From: Okeania sp. | GTDB taxonomy: Bacteria; Cyanobacteriota; Cyanobacteriia; Cyanobacteriales; Microcoleaceae | Assembly (NCBI RefSeq): GCF_035285525.1 | Contig: NZ_JAYKGW010000166.1 | Coordinates: 1 to 6,098 of the forward strand | Direction of reading: 5' to 3' | DNA: 6,098 nucleotides | In this document: one piece after another, positions 1 to 4,796 of the stretch | How positions within the stretch are numbered: the first letter of the stretch is position 1 | How the letters are laid out: every line of letters begins with the position of its first letter | The notes under the pieces: generated by a model | Databases searched by the model: none | Told to the model about the DNA's origin: nothing | What the model saw: only the letters and a program-made list of their open reading frames with translations | Program-made: the position numbers and the translations under genes

Positions 1-30
1 TTCTGGGTAAGTTGGAGTTAATAAAGACCT

Positions 31-106
31 CTCCCCCAACCCCTCTCCTGCAAGGAGAGGGGAGAATCTTTCCCCCCCTTCCCTCGCAGGGAAGGGGGTT
101 GGGGGG
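31..106. repeat. G/C-run nested hairpin repeat (cyanobacterial small dispersed repeat)
   Basis: Hairpin 1 pairs CCCCTCTCCT (40-49) with AGGAGAGGGG (53-62) around a GCA loop. Hairpin 2 pairs CCCCCTTCCCT (74-84) with AGGGAAGGGGG (88-98) around a CGC loop. An alternative outer pairing joins CCCCCAACCCC (33-43) to GGGGTTGGGGG (95-105). The CCCCCAACCCC core recurs in the repeats at 3434-3501 and 4645-4711. Confidence 0.7.
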
Positions 107-229
107 TTAGGTTTTTTCACCTATAAAATTTATTTTGAACTATCGGATTCATTTTCTGTTTGTAAAGCTGGAATTATATCTTTTAATTTATTTTGAATTT
201 CCTTGATAAATTCTGGTTCAAATATAGCA

Positions 230-318
230 GTAGGTTGGGTTGAGAAACGAAACCCAACAATAGGAGAACAACAATAATCAAAGTTTTGTTGGGTTTCACT
301 GCGTTCTACCCAACCTAC
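230..318. repeat. Inverted pair of GTAGGTTGGGTT...AACCCAAC hairpin repeat units
   Basis: Unit 1 is 230-259 (gtaggttgggttgagaaacgaaacccaaca), with internal stem GTTGGGTT (234-241) / AACCCAAC (251-258). Unit 2 is 287-318 in opposite orientation (tgttgggtttcactgcgttctacccaacctac). The same family recurs at 6000-6029 and 6081-6098. Confidence 0.75.
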
Positions 319-501
319 ATTCTTGGCCATAATTAACATAAAGTAGTAATATAAATTTTATTATTAATGTGTTGCTTGGCACATAAAAATACTATTTTGA
401 TGGAAATCTAATTATACAAATCGTAGAGAGAAACAAAAGTTTTGAAAAGTAGTTAAAATAATTGATGGTAGTTTATTAGAATTTAAGGTGTATCAGTCAG
501 A

Positions 502-636
502 ATGAATGAAAAGATTTTGCCCCAAAAAAATGGCTATCTTAGTTTACCAGATTTAGAAGATGCAATTAATGCGCCCATCTGCACAAAAACTATTAATAGA
601 TTTTTTATGATAGAGAACATCCAGAAGAATCTTTAG
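502..636 (+). CDS. Small upstream ORF (44 aa, MNEKILPQKNGYLSLPDLEDAINAPICTKTINRFFMIENIQKNL); possibly the displaced N-terminus of the 660-1406 gene
   Basis: ATG at 502 is preceded by AAGGTG (485-490). The ORF ends at TAG 634-636 and is absent from the supplied track, presumably because it is below a length cutoff. It can be joined to the open frame of the next gene by a 1-nt change in the T6 run at 601-606. Confidence 0.3.
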   Translation: MNEKILPQKNGYLSLPDLEDAINAPICTKTINRFFMIENIQKNL

Positions 637-659
637 GCGATTGGGTTAAAAATTTTAGT

Positions 660-1406
660 GTGTCTCTAAATTATCGGGTTAAAGAAGAGGATATTGAAAA
701 GCTAGAAAATGTACGAAAAAGTTTGTATGTAAGAATTTTTGAGAGCCTAAAAAATTGGAAAAGTGCAGGAGTTGTTGGTCAGTTAAGTAAACCAAAACTC
801 GAATTAGTTTTATATAAAGACAAACCTTACTATCAAAGAGACAAGCAAAGGTTATACATAGAATTTAGATATAAAAGTGTTCGTGAAACAAATATTACAA
901 TCTTGTTTCGGTGTTATGTACACAGCAATAACTTGTATATTGCTGTTGATTCTTATCTGTTGGGAAGACTACAAATTATCATTTTTTGTATGCATAACTT
1001 CTTCCTACTATTTATTTTCATGACTTTATTTTCTCTTGGCATACCTTTCCTTATTTTGGGGTTGATAGTTTTGATACCTTATGCTAACTGGATTTGGACT
1101 AAAATAATTAAGGCTTTGAGGCAAGGAGAAGGATTTTTAACTTCTCTTCGCCAACGTTTCCACAAACCAATTAGTGATAATTCTTTTGATGTGGATGATA
1201 AATCTATAATTTTGAAAGCCATATTTTCTTTAATACTGCAAGCAACGAAAAATGCTTTTAAGGAAAACAATTTTGCTGTTGAAGGTTTAGATGAAAAACT
1301 AGATGAACTTATAAATAATGCCTCCAATCAAACATTTAATATTGTTGCGGAAGGTGGCATATCTGGTGCAATTTTTGGTGGAACTAGCAACAAAGTTGTT
1401 AACTAA
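660..1406 (+). CDS. Uncharacterised membrane protein (248 aa as tracked) with a central two-helix hydrophobic hairpin and a Gly/Asn-rich C-terminal tail
   Basis: This is the long ORF in this region; the only antisense ORF is shorter (82 aa). Residues ~104-147 (nt ~969-1100; IIIFCMHNFFLLFIFMTLFSLGIPFLILGLIVLIPYANWIW) form a hydrophobic stretch long enough for two TM helices, split by a G-I-P turn. The start is uncertain. The tracked start is GTG with no obvious SD, there is no in-frame ATG for ~110 codons, and the frame is open back to 600. Confidence 0.6.
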   Translation: MSLNYRVKEEDIEKLENVRKSLYVRIFESLKNWKSAGVVGQLSKPKLELVLYKDKPYYQRDKQRLYIEFRYKSVRETNITILFRCYVHSNNLYIAVDSYLLGRLQIIIFCMHNFFLLFIFMTLFSLGIPFLILGLIVLIPYANWIWTKIIKALRQGEGFLTSLRQRFHKPISDNSFDVDDKSIILKAIFSLILQATKNAFKENNFAVEGLDEKLDELINNASNQTFNIVAEGGISGAIFGGTSNKVVN

Positions 1407-1461
1407 ATATAGTTAGAAAAATAACCCTATTTGAAGTCTTTATAACTGAGGTGCAAAAAAA

Positions 1462-1779
1462 ATGAGTGACCAATTTAAAATAACTGCAAAGAAAATTGAA
1501 GGAAGTCTATTTGGTGGTGTGGGCAATACTATAAAAAATAATTTTAGTAGTATTCAAGATATCCCTGATTCAGAATTATCTGAAGAAAAAGTAGTTGAGA
1601 TATTAGCAAGTTTAGAGGATAAAATTCAGTCTTTTCCAGCACTAACACCTGCGACTAAAGATGAATCAATACTCAGTATTCAGCAAGTTAAATCTGAAGT
1701 TCAAAAAGATGTTCTTAATAAACAGCTTGCTGCCAGAAAACTGGAGACTTTTCACAAAACTATTAGTACAGTAAAATAA
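1462..1779 (+). CDS. Small hypothetical protein (105 aa), probably helical, whose N-terminus repeats the C-terminal motif of the upstream membrane protein
   Basis: ATG at 1462 with GAGG at 1448-1451. It lies 55 nt after the upstream stop on the same strand with no intervening terminator, so co-transcription is likely. The N-terminal FKITAKKIEGSLFGGVGNTIKN (1474-1539) matches the tail of the previous protein. Confidence 0.6.
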   Translation: MSDQFKITAKKIEGSLFGGVGNTIKNNFSSIQDIPDSELSEEKVVEILASLEDKIQSFPALTPATKDESILSIQQVKSEVQKDVLNKQLAARKLETFHKTISTVK

Positions 1780-1800
1780 GCAAAGGAATTAGCTGAAGAA

Positions 1801-1848
1801 GTTGTTCCTATTACTGTCAAGGTAATTTCTTGGTTAACAACACTTTTT
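1801..1848 (+). terminator. Weak AT-rich hairpin plus T5 run downstream of the 1462-1779 gene
   Basis: GTTGTT (1801-1806) pairs with AACAAC (1836-1841). An inner stem pairs ATTAC (1810-1814) with GTAAT (1822-1826). The hairpin is followed by acTTTTTgt (T run 1844-1848). The stem is imperfect. Confidence 0.25.
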
Positions 1849-1890
1849 GTATAAGTAAATAAGTAAAAATAGAATAGGTAGATAATTTTC

Positions 1891-1950
1891 AGGCGATCGC
1901 TTTTTATAGTTTTTATAGTTTTATATTCTAGGAAGCGATCGCTTTTCATC
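1891..1950 (+). terminator. Paired-HIP1 stem-loop followed by a T run; candidate intrinsic terminator or insulator between the two operons
   Basis: GCGATCGC at 1893-1900 pairs with GCGATCGC at 1935-1942. The stem extends to about 1891-1906 / 1929-1944 if G-U pairs are allowed. The ~22-nt loop contains a TTTTTATAG tandem (1901-1909, 1910-1918), and the 3' tail is TTTTCATC. Confidence 0.4.
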
Positions 1951-2006
1951 AAGTTTTTATTCAAAGGTAAAACTTTAATGATTAAGTCATAGATACGAGG
2001 TATGAA

Positions 2007-2243
2007 ATGAGAATTATACAAACAACCGGAACAGTGAAAAATGGAGAAGTAAAAATTACTGTTCCTCCAGAATTTAATAACGGTGAAATAGATATTATTC
2101 TGGTTGCTAAAAATGAGCCAGATGAATTTGAAATTATGCCGGAAATAGCAAAAGCAAAAGGATATGATTCTAAGGAAAAGATACTCGACCTAATCAAGAA
2201 AGTTAAATTAGAAATGGTTCAAGAAAAAGAGAGAATAAAATAA
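2007..2243 (+). CDS. Putative antitoxin (78 aa), resembling the AF2212/DUF104-type small proteins that pair with PIN toxins
   Basis: GAGG (1997-2000) lies 6 nt before the ATG. The stop TAA overlaps the next gene's ATG (TAATG at 2241-2245). The N-terminal pattern IQTTGTVKNGEVKITVPPEFNNGEIDIILV resembles the 'x-yenGvlkP...l.eG..v.v' pattern of DUF104-like antitoxins; this comparison is from memory and was not searched. Confidence 0.6.
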   Translation: MRIIQTTGTVKNGEVKITVPPEFNNGEIDIILVAKNEPDEFEIMPEIAKAKGYDSKEKILDLIKKVKLEMVQEKERIK

Positions 2244-2758
2244 TGTCTAAAATCAAACGTTTATGTCTTGATACAAATGTTTATATAATCGGCGTTCAAG
2301 AAGTTAATTCAGATGAGGGAAAAATTCTTGAATCTATAGGTTACTATGGTAAACAATATACTCAAATTGAAGCTGAAATTATTTTATCTCCTGAGTTAAT
2401 TGACCAAATCCGGCGAGTAGGTAAATATTTATGGAATCAAGACAAAGCTGGTTTAGTTCTTAGTCTTATTTGGTCAAATCTAAACATCTTTGATGTAACC
2501 CCTGATGCAGAGTGGCGGAATCTCTTAAAAGAAATTAATTTAACAGGGAATATCCCCACAGAAGATATAGAAATTTTTCTTACAGCTAAGTTTGGATTAG
2601 CAGATTGTTTTGTCTCTTCTAATAGAGAACTAATTAAAGCGATCGCCGGTTTTGAGTGTTTAACTCCAGATACTTTTATCAAAAAATATTTCAAAGAAAT
2701 AAATATCTGTAAATACTTGTGCAAAATACTAAATTCTATCAGCAAAATGAAGTTATAA
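2243..2758 (+). CDS. PIN-domain-like ribonuclease toxin (171 aa, VapC-like)
   Basis: The N-terminal LCLDTNVYI motif supplies Asp10. Acidic candidates follow at E44/E46/E51 and D108 (PTEDIEIFLTAKFGLADCFVSSN). The S-x-N at residues 125-127 sits where PIN domains carry T/S-x-D. The gene is translationally coupled to a small upstream gene. Confidence 0.7.
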   Translation: MSKIKRLCLDTNVYIIGVQEVNSDEGKILESIGYYGKQYTQIEAEIILSPELIDQIRRVGKYLWNQDKAGLVLSLIWSNLNIFDVTPDAEWRNLLKEINLTGNIPTEDIEIFLTAKFGLADCFVSSNRELIKAIAGFECLTPDTFIKKYFKEINICKYLCKILNSISKMKL

Positions 2759-2770
2759 GAGGTTAATTTT

Positions 2771-3421
2771 ATGGTAGTTTCATCAGCAAATACCCAATCT
2801 TTTGTGAAACTTATCGAATACTTAAATTGTGACGCTATTGATAGCGATCGCTTATTAATTTATGGCGATATAAGCTGGAATACTTATGAAAATTTATTAG
2901 ATTATTTAGGTAATTCACCTTATTTTAAAGTTGTTTATCATCAAGGAATTTTACAAATTATGTCTCCTAGTAGTCGCCACGAAATTTACAAGAAAACCTT
3001 GGGAATGTTGGTAGAAAATTATTGTTTAGAAACCGGCATTTATTTTTATCCCTTGGGTTCTACAACTTTGAAATCTCAAGATAAATTAAAAGGTCTTGAG
3101 CCAGACCAATGTTATTGTATTGGTAGTAAAAAAAAGATTCCAGATTTAGCAATTGAAGTTGTAATTACCAGCGGAGGAATTAAAACTTTAGAGATTTATA
3201 AAGGTTTAGGTGTTTCAGAAGTTTGGTTTTGGCAAAATGGAGAATTACAGGTTTTTTGCCTAGAAAATGGTGAGTATTTGCAGAAAAATAATAGTCAGTT
3301 ATTGCCAAAAATTGATTTAGAATTGTTAGTTAGTTATCTAGATTGGGATGAGCCTTTTGATGCTATTTTAGATTTTAAAGCCAAAATTAGAAGTAAGAAA
3401 GAAGAAAGAAGTATTAAATAA
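2771..3421 (+). CDS. Uma2-family (DUF820) PD-(D/E)xK endonuclease (216 aa)
   Basis: Three motifs are characteristic of the Uma2 family that is highly expanded in cyanobacteria: GLEPDQCYCIG, IPDLAIEVVITSG and KTLEIYKGLGVSEVWFWQ. AAGAGG (2757-2762) overlaps the PIN gene's stop, 8 nt before the ATG. Confidence 0.85.
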   Translation: MVVSSANTQSFVKLIEYLNCDAIDSDRLLIYGDISWNTYENLLDYLGNSPYFKVVYHQGILQIMSPSSRHEIYKKTLGMLVENYCLETGIYFYPLGSTTLKSQDKLKGLEPDQCYCIGSKKKIPDLAIEVVITSGGIKTLEIYKGLGVSEVWFWQNGELQVFCLENGEYLQKNNSQLLPKIDLELLVSYLDWDEPFDAILDFKAKIRSKKEERSIK

Positions 3422-3433
3422 ATTAAGCAGCAG

Positions 3434-3501
3434 AAAATATCCCCCCAACCCCCCTTTAAAAAGGGGGCAGAACGAGTGAGAAGGTACAAATTTTTTTCAT
3501 C
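3434..3501. repeat. Copy A of a ~67-bp dispersed repeat (AAAATATCCCCCC-AACCCC-hairpin-GGGGGCAGAAnGAGTGAGAA...TTTTTCATC)
   Basis: Blocks shared with 4645-4711 in the same order and orientation are aaaatatcccccc, aacccc, gggggcagaa, gagtgagaa and tttttcatc. The internal near-palindrome is CCCCCTTTAAAAAGGGGG. Confidence 0.75.
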
Positions 3502-3590
3502 TTAAGTGTGGTAAGTGGGAAAGCGATCGCTCTCAAACTAAAAAATTTCTCCAGAGCCAGATTACTTCCTTTAACAATTTTTATTTTAGC

Positions 3591-3619
3591 TTGAAATTAT
3601 CATATCTAAATTATATACT
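3591..3619 (+). promoter_or_regulatory. Sigma-70-type promoter candidate TTGAAA-N17-TATACT
   Basis: TTGAAA at 3591-3596, a 17-nt spacer, then TATACT at 3614-3619, ending 41 nt upstream of the ATG at 3661. Confidence 0.45.
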
Positions 3620-3660
3620 AAAATCACAAAATAATTGGTAATAAAATTCCCTCAAAATTT

Positions 3661-4296
3661 ATGACTCAAACTATTCCAGCTAAAGATATAAATATTCGTT
3701 ACCTGGTAGATAACTTGAGACTTAAAAGAAACCAAGACCAGGAATTTTTCCGGGAATGGCAAGATAATTTATCAGAACTTACTGACTTAGAAAAACAACT
3801 TTTAAACCAAGTAAAATCGGGATTTATTAACCTAATAGATTATCCCCCAGTGCTAGAAAATATTGTAATAATGGCAGTAGTTGACCCAATTTTATTTATT
3901 GGCGGATTTTTTCTTCATCCATTCTATATTCGTTCTGAACCTGCAATTAATTTAGCAGTGGAAGATAAAGATATTATTATTAAAGGTAAGATTGATATTT
4001 CATTAAAAGACCAATTTTGAGCAATGGTAATTGAGTCTAAAAAAGCTGAATTTTCTACTGAAGCTGGCAGAGGTCAAATTCTTGCTTATATGTTAGCAAA
4101 TCTTCATCCAAATCTTCCTAATTATGGGATGATTTGTACAGGTATAAGTTTTATTTTTGTTAATTTAGTGAATGGAAAACCACCACAATATGCTCTTTCA
4201 AAACTTTTTATTACTATCAATCCTGGTAATGAACTTTATGATATACTTAAAATTCTTAAACGTTTAACTAAAATTGCTTTATTAGGGATAATTTAA
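3661..4296 (+). pseudogene. PD-(D/E)xK nuclease (type I restriction R-subunit N-terminal, HSDR_N-like) interrupted by one in-frame TGA at 4018-4020
   Basis: ORFs 3661-4020 and 4024-4296 are in the same frame and are separated only by TGA-GCA. The joined reading is ...GKIDISLKDQF*AMVIESKKAEF..., which places the D and E-x-K halves of a PD-(D/E)xK motif on opposite sides of the stop. Confidence 0.65.
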
Positions 4297-4413
4297 TGGA
4301 TAATTGATAATGATGAAAATTTTAAAGTTTGAGTAACCAGCCAAATTTTTGAATGCAAAAAGTATTAAATTTAGTACAACATTTAGCAATCAAATAATTA
4401 TCAATTATCCATT
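4295..4413. repeat. 119-bp element bounded by perfect 17-bp inverted repeats (MITE-like or long stem-loop)
   Basis: AATGGATAATTGATAAT (4295-4311) is the exact reverse complement of ATTATCAATTATCCATT (4397-4413). The left arm overlaps the TAA stop (4294-4296) of the preceding ORF. Confidence 0.6.
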
Positions 4414-4644
4414 GTTAATTATTAATTATTCTTGACTTTATAATCAGTCTATAATAACTAGATTTGGTATGCAGTGTTTCCCATTTTTATGAGGTACACC
4501 CCCATATGGGCTTTCCGGCCCGCACTATAATATTTTCATCGTTTACCCTGTACTTCATTTGCCCAAAATATGCTGTAAAACTCTTTATGGCCGAATCCCA
4601 TTCTCCCCTACTTTATATTCAATAGTCTTGTTTTTAAGCAACAC

Positions 4645-4711
4645 AAAATATCCCCCCCAACCCCGTTGGAAAGGGGGGCAGAAGGAGTGAGAAAATAAAA
4701 AGTTTTTCATC
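4645..4711. repeat. Copy B of the ~67-bp dispersed repeat
   Basis: Same block order and orientation as 3434-3501. The inner hairpin is CCAAC-ccc-GTTGG, enclosed by C-run and G-run arms. Confidence 0.75.
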
Positions 4712-4754
4712 AATTAATTATTCGGATTCTATATTAAAACCTATTGAAGATTGT

Positions 4755-4760
4755 TATAAT
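4755..4760 (+). promoter_or_regulatory. Candidate -10 box (TATAAT) upstream of cofH
   Basis: A perfect TATAAT lies 36 nt before the ATG at 4797. There is no convincing -35 at 17-nt spacing (TATTAA at 4732-4737). Confidence 0.3.
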
Positions 4761-4796
4761 TATCTATTATTCATTATCCATGATCAACTAATAAAC

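Noticed and set aside
130-339. 69-aa minus-strand ORF (MLIMAKNVGWVERSETQQNF...)
   Set aside because: Its N-terminal ~37 residues are simply the translation of the inverted GTAGGTTGGGTT/AACCCAAC repeat pair at 230-318. The remaining ~30 aa carry no recognisable motif and there is no SD. It is most likely a repeat-generated artefact.
340-501. Promoter for the 502/660 cassette (TTGCTT 372-377, TTGAAA 442-447, TAAAAT 454-459, TACTAT 390-395)
   Set aside because: No -35/-10 pair has 16-18-nt spacing. I could not support a specific promoter call from the sequence alone.
1079-1327. 82-aa minus-strand ORF antisense to the membrane-protein gene
   Set aside because: It lies entirely inside a longer sense ORF, has a low-complexity Ser/Lys-rich translation and has no start context. 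It is a typical shadow ORF in AT-rich DNA.
1462-1518. Possible double-glycine (bacteriocin-type) leader in MSDQFKITAKKIEGSLFGG
   Set aside because: The GG is present, but the conserved leader positions (Leu -12, Glu -8, Leu -7) do not line up; here -8/-7 read I-E. The same FGG motif sits at the extreme C-terminus of the upstream protein, where it cannot be a leader. No C39-peptidase ABC transporter is in the window.
1752-2197. Minus-strand ORFs 1752-2021 (89 aa) and 1982-2197 (71 aa)
   Set aside because: The first spans the intergenic repeat and terminator region and reads through the HIP1 and TTTTTATAG repeats. The second is antisense to the SD-bearing, translationally coupled antitoxin gene. 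Neither has motif support.
2437-2745. 102-aa minus-strand ORF antisense to the PIN-like gene
   Set aside because: It is fully embedded in the better-supported plus-strand gene, which has the LDTNVY motif and operon coupling. No independent signals support it.
4432-4455. TTGACT (4432-4437) with TATAAT boxes (4439-4444 and 4450-4455) as a promoter
   Set aside because: The spacers are 1 nt and 12 nt, which is incompatible with sigma-70 geometry. In this AT-rich context TATAAT-like hexamers arise by chance.
4577-4607. tRNA 3'-end-like fragment (tATGG-CCGAATC-CCATtctcccct), possibly an att-site remnant
   Set aside because: It has only a 4-bp T-stem analogue, and its loop lacks the canonical TTCRA. 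There is no complementary 5' acceptor strand (GGGGAGA) upstream, so it is not a tRNA. The evidence is too weak to call an integration scar.
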